64,000 nucleotides of DNA from Mycoplasmatota bacterium WC44. Lineage in GTDB: Bacteria > Bacillota_I > Bacilli_A > MAG-NZ. The DNA is taken from NCBI GenBank assembly GCA_046529715.1, contig CP134881.1:918803-982802 (forward strand). Direction: 5' to 3'. Position 1 is the stretch's first letter, and each line of letters opens with the position of its first letter. Made by a program: the position numbers and the translations under genes. Shown here in pieces: positions 9,647-19,089 of the stretch. Under the pieces are notes generated by a model, which saw only the letters and a list, made by a program, of their open reading frames with translations, made no database searches and had not been told where the DNA came from.

Positions 9647-10054
9647 ATGATTAATATTAAAAAGAAAGTGGCTTTTGTTTGTATTCATAATTCGTGTAGA
9701 AGTCAAATGGCTGAAGGTTGGGCTAAAGAAATAGGTAAAGGTATCATAGATGCATATTCAGCTGGTACAGAAGATTATCCTAGTCCAAAACCTATGGCAG
9801 TAGAAGTAATGGAAGATGCTGGAATAGATATGAGTCTACACACTTCAAAATTAATTGAGGATATTCCTGAGATTGATATCTTAGTGACAATGGGATGTGG
9901 TGTTGAATGTCCATATGTACCATGCGAACATAGAGAAGATTGGGGTTTGACTGATCCAAGTGGTGGACCTAAATCTGAATTTGAAATAACAAGAGACATT
10001 ATTAAAGAGAAAGTAATTGATCTATTAGAAAGAATAGAAAGAGGAGAATTATAA
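9647..10054 (+). CDS. arsC: arsenate reductase, LMW-PTP/thioredoxin-coupled type
   Basis: CX5R P-loop in VCIHNSCRSQMAEGW. Confidence 0.85.
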   Translation: MINIKKKVAFVCIHNSCRSQMAEGWAKEIGKGIIDAYSAGTEDYPSPKPMAVEVMEDAGIDMSLHTSKLIEDIPEIDILVTMGCGVECPYVPCEHREDWGLTDPSGGPKSEFEITRDIIKEKVIDLLERIERGEL

Positions 10055-11070
10055 TGAATTTATTTTCAAAGTATTTAACACTATGGGTGGCTTTATGTAT
10101 TGGAATTGGTGTGACTTTAGGTAAATTAATGCCAGGGGCTGTTGATTATTTAGAAACATTTACATACGCTCAAATATCAATTCCAATTGTAATATTAATT
10201 TGGGTAATGATTTATCCGATGATGCTAAAAATTGACTTTACATCTATAAAAGATGCATCAAAAAATCCAAAGGGATTAGTGGTAACAACTGTTGTTAATT
10301 GGTTAGTTAAACCTTTTACAATGTACTTGATTGCTTACTTTTTCTTCTTTGTGGTATTTAAGTCATTAATCCCTGAAACTGCAGCACAAGAGTACTTAAT
10401 TGGTGCTGTATTATTAGGTGCTGCGCCTTGTACTGCTATGGTTTTTGTTTGGAGTCACTTAGTGAAAGGAAGTTCAGCATATACTGCTATTCAAGTCGCA
10501 TTAAATGATTTTATATTATTGTTTGCATTTACTCCGATTGTGGCGTTACTGTTAGGAATATCTGATATACAAATTCCATATGACACACTGTTCTTGTCAG
10601 TACTTTTATTTGTTGTAATACCGATTATAGTTGCATACATTACTAGAAGAGTTATCAGTAATAATAACAAGATCTCATTAGATGTTTTTATTGGTAAGTT
10701 CAATGGAATTCCTGAAGTAGGACTTTTACTTACTCTAGTCTTAATATTTATGTTCCAGGGTGATGTTATCTTAAATAATCCATTAGATATCCTATTGATT
10801 TCAGTACCTTTAATTATTCAAACAATATTTATTTTCTTTGTAGCTTACATCTGGAGTAAGGTTTGGAAAATGAAGCATGATGTTGCTGCTCCAGGAGCGT
10901 TAATTGGTGCTTCGAATTTCTTTGAACTTGCTGTAGCGGTTTCAATAGCTTTATTTGGATTGAATTCTGGAGCGACTTTAGCTACGGTAGTGGGTGTTTT
11001 AGTTGAGGTTCCTTTAATGTTATTCTTAGTTAGTATTGCTAAAAAGACTACGAACTGGTTTAAGTTTTAA
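10054..11070 (+). CDS. acr3: arsenite efflux transporter, ACR3 family
   Basis: 10-TM protein with ACR3-like sequence. The start overlaps the arsC stop (TAATG). Confidence 0.8.
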   Translation: MNLFSKYLTLWVALCIGIGVTLGKLMPGAVDYLETFTYAQISIPIVILIWVMIYPMMLKIDFTSIKDASKNPKGLVVTTVVNWLVKPFTMYLIAYFFFFVVFKSLIPETAAQEYLIGAVLLGAAPCTAMVFVWSHLVKGSSAYTAIQVALNDFILLFAFTPIVALLLGISDIQIPYDTLFLSVLLFVVIPIIVAYITRRVISNNNKISLDVFIGKFNGIPEVGLLLTLVLIFMFQGDVILNNPLDILLISVPLIIQTIFIFFVAYIWSKVWKMKHDVAAPGALIGASNFFELAVAVSIALFGLNSGATLATVVGVLVEVPLMLFLVSIAKKTTNWFKF

Positions 11071-11110
11071 ATTAAATTACTAATACTTGGATTTAATATA
11101 AACAGAATAA

Positions 11111-11158
11111 GAACACAATTATCCTTAAAAGGATTTATTGTGTTCTTTTATATTTTTT
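11111..11158 (+). terminator. rho-independent terminator after the ars operon
   Basis: gaacacaat ... attgtgttc hairpin followed by a T-rich run. Confidence 0.75.
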
Positions 11159-11267
11159 AATTCCTTTTTTTATAAATAAAGATAATTCATAATGATATTA
11201 ATATAAGATTATGATATCGTTAGAGTATATTAATCTAAATTAAAAGAGGGAAAGTGGAGGTATTGTA

Positions 11268-12047
11268 GTGAGGGGATTTTTTGATTATTTACCTAATGAT
11301 TATCAAGAATATAAAGCATTAGGTTACGAAAATGAATTAAATTTGTGGGGACATATAGCTCCATTTATTTTAACTGTAGTTTGTATTATTTTTGTTTATC
11401 ACAATCGAAAGAAGATTTTAAATTGGAAATATGAAAATATATTAAGATATGTTATTGCTGGATTACTTGTTTTCGGTGTATTATCATACCGTATATATGT
11501 GATTTATTATAAACAGTTTGATGTGTTTTATGATTTACCATTTCATATATCAAATGTTACTGCGTTCATGCTTGCTTACGCCCTTGTAACAAAGAAAAGA
11601 ATAGTAGCTGAAATGTTTTTCTCTTGGGCAATTATATCGGGACTTGCAGCTATGGTTTATCCTGATACACTCTATGTTCAATTTGATCATTTCTTATATT
11701 ATCAATTAATGGGGACGCATTCGATTATATTATTTGTACCTTTTTACTTTATGTATGTTTATAACTGGAAGGCTACGAAAAAAACGTTTGTTAGATCAAT
11801 TTTAGCTTTATATGCTTACGCTATTATATCTGGTATTCTAAATATTATATTTGATACTAATTATGCCCTATCGAATCCGAATTATCCTGCAGTTGGAACG
11901 CCTTTAGTTACAATCTCTGACTTTTCAAATGGTAGTTTACTAAGTTATTTGGTTTTATCATTCCTACTGCTTGCAGTGTTAGTATTAATTATAAATTTTA
12001 TACTTGTTTTATGCTCGATAAATATAGAAATAGCCCCTTATGAATAA
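11268..12047 (+). CDS. YwaF-like integral membrane protein (TIGR02206-type)
   Basis: Multi-TM protein with a sequence character resembling B. subtilis YwaF. RBS GGAGG, GTG start. Confidence 0.5.
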   Translation: MRGFFDYLPNDYQEYKALGYENELNLWGHIAPFILTVVCIIFVYHNRKKILNWKYENILRYVIAGLLVFGVLSYRIYVIYYKQFDVFYDLPFHISNVTAFMLAYALVTKKRIVAEMFFSWAIISGLAAMVYPDTLYVQFDHFLYYQLMGTHSIILFVPFYFMYVYNWKATKKTFVRSILALYAYAIISGILNIIFDTNYALSNPNYPAVGTPLVTISDFSNGSLLSYLVLSFLLLAVLVLIINFILVLCSINIEIAPYE

Positions 12048-12101
12048 AGGAGTTTTTCATTTATATTGTATTTAATAAGTAAAGTAAAATGCCTAATATA
12101 A

Positions 12102-12130
12102 GGTTCAATCCAGTGGATTGAACTTTTTTT
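12102..12130 (+). terminator. rho-independent terminator
   Basis: ggttcaatcc/ggattgaac hairpin followed by T7. Confidence 0.75.
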
Positions 12131-12207
12131 CAGTGAATCACTTGTTACAAATTACCAACTATAATGAATCATTATTTATTGTATAATCAAGTTAGGAGGA
12201 TTTATAC

Positions 12208-13215
12208 GTGAAAAGGATTGCGGGAGTTTATTTAATCTTAGCTATGGTACTATTAATTAGTGCTTGTAGTGATAAATTATTAACAATTAGTGTAATAGAG
12301 GAAAACGAAACTAGTGAAAATATTGATACTAATGAAAAAGAAGATGATAAGGGAGAGGATGAAGTTATAACTGAAGTACCATCGTATAATGAAATTGAAT
12401 TTATTGATATTACTGGTACATTTATTAATGGAGAAGTTGTATTGAAATTATCTATAAGTAATGAAGACAAGTTTCAAATTAACTCATTACAAATAAATGG
12501 AGAAACATACAATGAATTTGAATCTAACAATGATAATACTGAAATGATTCTTAATATTGATGAAGGTTTAAATGTAGGAAATAAGTTATACGAACTAAAT
12601 GCGATATATTATGGTAATGATATAGTGGATTTTGAAGAAATTGTGGTAGAAGATAACACAGTTGATATTACGATAACTTATAATATAAATGGTTATGAGT
12701 TTTTACAAATCCCTCAATTTCCTATGGATTATGTAAGAGTAACTGCAGTATATCATAGTAAATCATATTACAATTACTATGGAGTCACTCATAAAGGAAT
12801 TGATATGGGGGGGGCTGATGGAGGCTATGGAAATGATGAGATATTTTCAATTGCAGATGGTGAAGTAGTCCACATCAGTAACAGTAGTACTGCAGGAAAG
12901 TATATTGTTATAAAACATGATAATCTAATAAATGGACAAACTGTAATCAGTAGGTATTTACATTTGGATAAATATGAAGATTTTAGTATAGGAGACACGA
13001 TTCAAAAAGGTCAACTAATAGGTATAGAAGGTAAAACAGGTAAAGTTGATGGGGCACATTTACATTTTGAGATGTGGATAGCTCCTCCAGGTTATGACTA
13101 CTATTATTACGATATAACTTATTACGCGGTTGATCCGAATTTTTACCTATTCGTAGATGATTTTCAAACTTTAAGTACTACTTCATTAGAAGAAGAAATT
13201 ATTAAAATAAAGTAA
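12208..13215 (+). CDS. M23-family zinc metallopeptidase lipoprotein
   Basis: Lipobox LISAC. HxxxD motif in VTHKGIDMGG and HxH motif in GAHLHFEMW. RBS TAGGAGGA, GTG start. Confidence 0.75.
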   Translation: MKRIAGVYLILAMVLLISACSDKLLTISVIEENETSENIDTNEKEDDKGEDEVITEVPSYNEIEFIDITGTFINGEVVLKLSISNEDKFQINSLQINGETYNEFESNNDNTEMILNIDEGLNVGNKLYELNAIYYGNDIVDFEEIVVEDNTVDITITYNINGYEFLQIPQFPMDYVRVTAVYHSKSYYNYYGVTHKGIDMGGADGGYGNDEIFSIADGEVVHISNSSTAGKYIVIKHDNLINGQTVISRYLHLDKYEDFSIGDTIQKGQLIGIEGKTGKVDGAHLHFEMWIAPPGYDYYYYDITYYAVDPNFYLFVDDFQTLSTTSLEEEIIKIK

Positions 13216-13224
13216 AAGTAATTT

Positions 13225-13254
13225 AAAAGAGGTTATTTTAATACCTCTTTTTCT
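13225..13254. terminator. bidirectional terminator
   Basis: aaagaggt ... acctcttt hairpin flanked by an A-run upstream and a T-run downstream. Confidence 0.7.
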
Positions 13255-13416
13255 ATATATAAAGCGTTAAACAATTACTACTCCTCTATAGACGTATAAT
13301 TTTTATCAGAATAAAAATATCCCCCTTTCTACTAGAATAAAACTGTCATGATTAGCGTTTTCTAGTAGGGGAACATATTTTTTTTGATAGTTACCAGCAA
13401 TTTACTGTATACAAAG

Positions 13417-14439
13417 TTAAATCTCATTATCGTCTTTATTTGTATTAACTCTATAAATACTATACTTGATTAGATTTTTAATATGGTTAATATTATCCGA
13501 GAAAAGAACTGGTAATCCTGGTCTCCAATTTACTTCAATGAGATATAATTTATTTGATTTATCGATACACACATCTACACCTAATTGGTTAAGTTTATTA
13601 TTATAGTGCTCATCAAGATATTCAGATATTTGTAGACCGAAGACTTTTAAATTATTATATATGTTTAACCATTTATCTTTGAATTGATTTTTTAAATAAA
13701 GTTCAATATTAGCAGAGTATCCTCCTTGACTAATGTTGGACACTTTATTTTTTTTATCTCCAATCCTAGGATATATTGTTGTGATAACATACTTTCCTTT
13801 CTCGTTTTTTTGTGTATGAATTCTAAAATCTGCAGGTAATCCTTCATTTGTTTCAGAAACTATGAATTCTTGTGCTATATATTTAGTTAATTTAATTTCT
13901 GATAATTGTTTTGTTAAATTATCCATTACTTCCTCGTTCTCACCATAATTTATTATATAGGATTTATTATGTTTAGTGATAAAAAAAATTCGCTGTCCTT
14001 TGCACCCAACTGAAGGTTTTAATACTACTCTTTTATGTTTATCCATAAACTTTACTACACGTTTTTCGGATCTAGCTACAATACTCTCGGGCAAATAGTT
14101 TGTGAAAATAGGATGATCATGTAAGAGCTTTTGAATGTAATTTTTATTATGTATTTTAGATTCAGTAAAAGGAATTTCCTTTCTTAACCTAAGGCTAACG
14201 CTAAGCTGTTTTGGTGTTCTTGGACCAGTCATATTGATTATTATATCCGGATATGGAAATGTTTTTTGTTTCCATTCTCTTTCATAGTAATAACCTTCTA
14301 TTTTTCTGTTTTCAAAGTCTACTTTCCCTGGAGAAAAGTAACAAAAATCTACACCTTCCATTTTAGCAGCGGCAGCTAAAGTATAAAGCTTCGCTATTTT
14401 TGTAGGATCTTTGCGAATATGCATTACTCCGATTAACAT
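13417..14439 (-). CDS. YheC/YheD-family ATP-grasp ligase (short form, 340 aa, no N-terminal extension)
   Basis: LIGVM start of the core, YLPESI, DFRIHTQKN, SNISQGG and YLIEVNWRPG. The ATG overlaps the stop of the upstream gene (TAATG). Confidence 0.7.
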   Translation of the reverse strand: MLIGVMHIRKDPTKIAKLYTLAAAAKMEGVDFCYFSPGKVDFENRKIEGYYYEREWKQKTFPYPDIIINMTGPRTPKQLSVSLRLRKEIPFTESKIHNKNYIQKLLHDHPIFTNYLPESIVARSEKRVVKFMDKHKRVVLKPSVGCKGQRIFFITKHNKSYIINYGENEEVMDNLTKQLSEIKLTKYIAQEFIVSETNEGLPADFRIHTQKNEKGKYVITTIYPRIGDKKNKVSNISQGGYSANIELYLKNQFKDKWLNIYNNLKVFGLQISEYLDEHYNNKLNQLGVDVCIDKSNKLYLIEVNWRPGLPVLFSDNINHIKNLIKYSIYRVNTNKDDNEI

Positions 14440-15626
14440 TATGAATCCTCCTTTAATTGAAAGTTAATCTCATCAACTGCATTTAGTGAATTATCTTTTG
14501 CTTCTATATTATCTTTTCCTGTAGCCATAACATATCCAATTCTATCCCCCATGTGATATGGTTCTACTACATGATTTCCCTTTCTAGGTTTAACGTAAAC
14601 TTTTAAAACACCTTCACTATTTAAAGCTGAATTTTTTCCAGTTACTTTTTCTAATACACCAGAAATATTAGATGTTAAATATTTATTGAAAATATCTTTT
14701 TTGACGATTGGTACAGTAAAATCCATACCTAGATAGAATTTTACTACTTGTTCAATATAATTAGTATCAGTTGCGTACTTAATAATATGGCTAATACTTC
14801 CACCAGCAGCTCTAGGGTTGATCTCAATTAATTTGCATGACTCTTCATCTTCCCTTACTTCAATGTGAAAATCACCATTTTTAAAATTAAGTTCGTCTAT
14901 AATGATTTGAATCATACTCAGTTCACTTTCCGAAATAATTGTGTTTTTATCTAGGGTGTAACCAACAACTATAAAAGTGTTGTTTTTTGTTAACAATACA
15001 TCCTGCTTTATTTTAATAATAGAAATAGGTTTACTATTTCGAACGAATACCTCAATTAAATACTGATCCTTATCTATATAATCTTCTATGAAAACATCAT
15101 GTGATTTGTAAAATTTTGTTGAAATGTCCTCTATTGAATTAATAAGTTTTACATCTCTAGATGCTGTGGATATTCTTTTCTTAATGATTAGTGGAAACTT
15201 TAATACATGTACATTATCATCTTTTAAAGTTATTTCCTTAAAGTATGGTGTAAATGGATAGTTCCGTAATTTAATTCTTGTCAATAACTTATCCTCCATT
15301 ACTCCTATGGCATTTGATTTGGATGGATTTTTAGTATATTTATCCCTTAATCTAGATGCAAGTGTACTGTAACCATCTATAAAGCTTAATATTGTTCCTA
15401 TTTTAAAACAGTCATTCATCTCTGTATCTAGATATCTGCATATATTTTTATAGTTAAGTTCTTCGATATATATCATATCGTGAACATCTGTATATTCTTC
15501 CCTTTGTTTTAGTTGCTTTTTATTATTAGTTAACAAAATTGTGTACATATTTAATTCTTCGCTAGCCCTGATTGCTTCCCTACTTGTACCAGATTTAGCT
15601 GTTTGAATAAAAATTATCACCTTCAT
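14439..15626 (-). CDS. ATP-grasp domain protein (L-amino-acid-ligase/carboxylate-amine-ligase-like)
   Basis: EINPRAAGG ATP-grasp block with a pre-ATP-grasp N-terminal domain. RBS GAGGTGA, ATG at 15626 (the track starts at GTG 15635). Confidence 0.6.
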   Translation of the reverse strand: MKVIIFIQTAKSGTSREAIRASEELNMYTILLTNNKKQLKQREEYTDVHDMIYIEELNYKNICRYLDTEMNDCFKIGTILSFIDGYSTLASRLRDKYTKNPSKSNAIGVMEDKLLTRIKLRNYPFTPYFKEITLKDDNVHVLKFPLIIKKRISTASRDVKLINSIEDISTKFYKSHDVFIEDYIDKDQYLIEVFVRNSKPISIIKIKQDVLLTKNNTFIVVGYTLDKNTIISESELSMIQIIIDELNFKNGDFHIEVREDEESCKLIEINPRAAGGSISHIIKYATDTNYIEQVVKFYLGMDFTVPIVKKDIFNKYLTSNISGVLEKVTGKNSALNSEGVLKVYVKPRKGNHVVEPYHMGDRIGYVMATGKDNIEAKDNSLNAVDEINFQLKEDS

Positions 15627-15808
15627 AAATATCACCTCAATATATAATATGAAATAATAAAATTCAGGTGTAGTAATAATTAACTAGTATTTTCTAATTA
15701 ATAATGTAACTAAAAGCAGTGAAATAAAGGTTATAATAAACTTTATTTTTTCTAAGAATGTATATAAAAAAGTATATTTCGTAAAATAATTTTACAAGGA
15801 GGATTAAT

Positions 15809-16048
15809 ATGGAAATAAAAAACAGAAACAAACCAGATGATAGATCTGACAACGTTCAAAAAATTAAAGATAATATTGAAAATGCAAAACTAAATACAGA
15901 ATTAGCCGAAGAAATGCTTTCTAAAACAGATAATCCTAGAAACAGGGAACAATTAAAGGAAAAAAATAGACGTAGAGAGAAAGCGATTGAAGGATTGAAA
16001 GAAGAATTAAAAGACGAACAAGAATATCAAAATCAAAAAGGATTATAA
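15809..16048 (+). CDS. tlp: small acid-soluble spore protein, Tlp type
   Basis: PDDRSDNV, EKNRRREKAIEGLKEE and the ~80-aa length resemble Bacillus Tlp. Confidence 0.7.
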   Translation: MEIKNRNKPDDRSDNVQKIKDNIENAKLNTELAEEMLSKTDNPRNREQLKEKNRRREKAIEGLKEELKDEQEYQNQKGL

Positions 16049-16061
16049 AATCCTTTTTTTA
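16036..16061 (+). terminator. terminator after tlp (the stop codon lies in the loop)
   Basis: aaaggatt-ataa-aatccttt hairpin followed by T7. Confidence 0.75.
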
Positions 16062-16144
16062 TATAATCTAATCCAGCTTGATGAGTACATAATAATGTTT
16101 AACTTCATATATTAGTATGTAATATTATAAAGGAGGTACATTTA

Positions 16145-16687
16145 ATGTACGATAGCGAAGAGTATTATGAATATCATGTTCCGATGCAGGAAAATCAAGA
16201 TAGTGTAAATTTAGAAGATAAAGAGCGATTCTTTAGTTATAACCAAGAGCAACATTCACAAACTCTATATCCGGGTCAGTCGCCTATGTATCCACCATTT
16301 CAACAAGGTGGACCTAGCAGTGATGGACCATCATCTCAATCATACCACCAACACCCAACATTTCAACAAGGAGGACCAACATCCCCACCACCTTATCAGC
16401 AATATCCATCTCACCAACATGGTGGACCTAGTAGTGGGGGAGCACCAACATCCCCTCCACCATCAATAGTTCCTCAACAAGGCCCAGAATTAAAAGCTGT
16501 AGACCCTGGTTCAATTAGAGGTTGTCTATTCCGTTATACTTACGTATGGCCTAGATTTGGATTCCCATATTGGTTCTACCCAACATATGTAGGTAGAAAA
16601 TCAGTATCTGGGTACAGATGGAATGGATATAGATGGTTGTATTTTGGTACGGATTTAAGAGGTATAAATTCATTTAGTTGTTATTAA
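16145..16687 (+). CDS. Pro/Gln/Gly-rich repeat protein with an aromatic Cys-containing C-terminus, probably a spore coat protein
   Basis: QQGGPSS / QQGGPTSPPP / HQHGGPSSGGAPTSPPP repeats. C-terminal FRYTYVWPRFGFPYWFYPTYV...GYRWNGYRW. Confidence 0.45.
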   Translation: MYDSEEYYEYHVPMQENQDSVNLEDKERFFSYNQEQHSQTLYPGQSPMYPPFQQGGPSSDGPSSQSYHQHPTFQQGGPTSPPPYQQYPSHQHGGPSSGGAPTSPPPSIVPQQGPELKAVDPGSIRGCLFRYTYVWPRFGFPYWFYPTYVGRKSVSGYRWNGYRWLYFGTDLRGINSFSCY

Positions 16688-16712
16688 GATTACTATATAA
16701 GATCTATTAATA

Positions 16713-16748
16713 AAATTGATTCCTATTTATGTAGGAATCAATTTTATT
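16713..16748 (+). terminator. rho-independent terminator
   Basis: aattgattcct ... aggaatcaatt hairpin followed by TTATT. Confidence 0.65.
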
Positions 16749-16806
16749 AAATGTATAAAAAATTACTTATTTCTTAAAAAATATTAGCGTAGGATTGTAT
16801 ACACTA

Positions 16807-16823
16807 TTCGACATTGTCCGACA
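16807..16823 (-). promoter_or_regulatory. tandem Spo0A-box-like motifs (TGTCGGA-caa-TGTCGAA on the minus strand)
   Basis: TTCGACA at 16807-16813 is the reverse complement of the 0A box TGTCGAA. A second box with one mismatch lies 10 bp away. They are ~170 bp upstream of the hybrid kinase. Confidence 0.35.
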
Positions 16824-16984
16824 TAAATGATTATTTTGAATAGCCTCTAACATAAATTAAGTCAATTAAGTTCATAAAATAATAAATTATGACATATATT
16901 ATTGATTTTCACTTTAAAAGAAATCGGTTATTTGAGAAAATACTCAAGAGTCTATTTTACATTATAGTGAAGTGAGGGATATCG

Positions 16985-19024
16985 GTGAATTACGAGGAAT
17001 TAGTAAGAAAGTATGAAGAGAGAGTAATAAATATTTTTAAGAATGATTATAACAAAGCTGTAATAAATTCTGATTTAGGAATTATAGTTCAATTTACTGT
17101 AAGAGGAGAATTGTTTTCATATACTAATAGTTATAGTATAAATTCTTTTGGAAATAAGGAAAAGACAGTTCAAGTTGCTGATAACTGTTATAAGATAGAC
17201 TTTAAAAATAATGTCTTTAAACCAACACTTAAACACTATGGAGATGAGTTTATAAATGAGTGTTTTAAAGATTATTATTTATATATGAAATCGTATGATG
17301 TTAATAATTTTAAAATCACCTACCCCTATTTTAATATTTATGATAAAAGTACTACATGGTTTATTGTAAACGGATTTCTAATTGAAAGAGATGAAGGTGG
17401 TTTACCCTTAATGTCAGCTGCTATTTTTTATGAAGTGGACGAACATAAAGAGTTAAAAGATGAGTTAAAGAAACAAAATAAATTGTTGAAGTACCAGGTT
17501 CAAAACTTTAGAAATGCTGAAGAAGTTGGGAATCTTGGATCGTTTTTATGTGACTTAAAATCTAAACATAATAAATTTTGGGCATCAGATAATTATGCAA
17601 AAATGCTTGGATTTAAATTAAGTAAAGATAAGTATTATTCATTTAAAGATAAAGAGGAATGGATAAAAGAAAACATAATTGATGAAACAGAAGAGATGTA
17701 TACCACTGCTGATAAGTTCATAAATGGGGAAATACTTAATTATGAATACACATATAAAGCTTCTATTAAAGGTGAGACTAAGTGGTTTCAAACTAAAGCA
17801 AACTCATTGAAAAAAGATGATTCAGGTAAAGTTACTAAGTATATAGGTACAGTAAAAGACGTTACAGAAATAAAGGAAAATGAATTGAAACTATATAATG
17901 CTATGAGAGTAGCTGAAAAAGATAATGATGCAAAAACAAGTTTTATTGCACACATCTCTCATGAAATAAGAACCCCTTTAAATGCGATTATTGGATATAC
18001 AAATCTAATAAGTAATCAAAAGCAAATGAAAAAAATACGCGACTACTCTAAGAAAATAAATTACTCAGCTAAGATTCTTTTGAGTTTAATAAACGATGTT
18101 TTGGATTTATCAAAGATAACAAATAATAAGTTAGAAATGGAGCATATCGATTTTAATTTTACACAAGAAATATCTCAACTGATTGAATCTTTTAAGGTCT
18201 TTGTTGATGAAAAAGATTTAAAATTAGTATATTTTATTGATAAAAATATACCTCCATTACTCAATGGAGATCTTCTTAAAATAAAACAAGTAATAACTAA
18301 TCTTTTAAGTAACAGTATTAAATTCACTCATGAAGGATTTGTTGCAATAAAAGTGAACTTTGACAAACTAGAGGAAAAACAGGTGTTGAATTTTGAAATA
18401 ACCGACACTGGTATTGGAATTGAAGATGAAGAAGTAAAGAACTTATTTGAACCATTTACTCAAGGTGATAACTCAACTACTAGAAAATACGGTGGGACAG
18501 GTTTAGGCCTTACGATATGTAAACAGTTAGTAGAAATGATGGGTGGACATATATCTGTATCTTCAAAAATTAATTGCGGTACAACGTTTAAGTTTGATAT
18601 TCCTATAAATGAAGTTAATTCTAATGGATATTCAAATTTAGTTGAGTCAATTGATAAACCTATCTCTGACAAAAGAATTTTAGTTGTAGAGGATAATGAA
18701 GTAAATAGTTTATTGATAGAAGAATTATTAAAAGCTAACAACTTAAAAAATATAGAGGTGTCAGTTAATGGAGAAGAAGCAATAGAAGTAATTAGAAATA
18801 AGGATTTTGACATTATACTTATGGATATTCAAATGCCGATAATGGATGGTGTTGAAGCAACAAAGTATATAAGAAAAGAATTTCCAGAGAAGAATCTTAA
18901 AATATTTGCACTTACAGCTAATGTACTAAAAGAACAAATTGATGAGTATATGAAAGTAGGATTTGATGATTATATTTCAAAACCTATTGATGTTAGTATC
19001 TTACTAAATAAAATCTATAGTTAA
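16985..19024 (+). CDS. soluble hybrid sensor histidine kinase (PAS-like regions, HisKA, HATPase, C-terminal receiver)
   Basis: H-box FIAHISHEIRTPLNAIIGY. ATPase blocks with GGTGLGL. Receiver ILVVEDNEVN...ILMDIQMP...K. No transmembrane segments. Confidence 0.8.
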   Translation: MNYEELVRKYEERVINIFKNDYNKAVINSDLGIIVQFTVRGELFSYTNSYSINSFGNKEKTVQVADNCYKIDFKNNVFKPTLKHYGDEFINECFKDYYLYMKSYDVNNFKITYPYFNIYDKSTTWFIVNGFLIERDEGGLPLMSAAIFYEVDEHKELKDELKKQNKLLKYQVQNFRNAEEVGNLGSFLCDLKSKHNKFWASDNYAKMLGFKLSKDKYYSFKDKEEWIKENIIDETEEMYTTADKFINGEILNYEYTYKASIKGETKWFQTKANSLKKDDSGKVTKYIGTVKDVTEIKENELKLYNAMRVAEKDNDAKTSFIAHISHEIRTPLNAIIGYTNLISNQKQMKKIRDYSKKINYSAKILLSLINDVLDLSKITNNKLEMEHIDFNFTQEISQLIESFKVFVDEKDLKLVYFIDKNIPPLLNGDLLKIKQVITNLLSNSIKFTHEGFVAIKVNFDKLEEKQVLNFEITDTGIGIEDEEVKNLFEPFTQGDNSTTRKYGGTGLGLTICKQLVEMMGGHISVSSKINCGTTFKFDIPINEVNSNGYSNLVESIDKPISDKRILVVEDNEVNSLLIEELLKANNLKNIEVSVNGEEAIEVIRNKDFDIILMDIQMPIMDGVEATKYIRKEFPEKNLKIFALTANVLKEQIDEYMKVGFDDYISKPIDVSILLNKIYS

Positions 19025-19037
19025 AATTGATCTTAAT

Positions 19038-19076
19038 AAAAAAATAAACACTATAAATTCAATAGTGTTTTTTTAT
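19038..19076. terminator. bidirectional terminator between convergent genes
   Basis: aaacactat ... atagtgttt hairpin flanked by an A-run and a T-run. Confidence 0.75.
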
Positions 19077-19089
19077 TATTAATCTTAAG

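Noticed and set aside
13330-13364. Inverted repeat ctactagaa ... ttctagtag between the M23 gene and the ATP-grasp pair
   Set aside because: No adjacent T-run on either strand, so it is not a convincing intrinsic terminator. It could be a protein-binding site, but there is nothing to anchor a call.
15636-15808. Explicit sigma-F/sigma-G promoter call for tlp, and likewise for the SASP genes near 22700
   Set aside because: GTATA/CATnnTA-like hexamers are present, but in ~75% AT DNA they are not distinctive enough to call without a position weight matrix.
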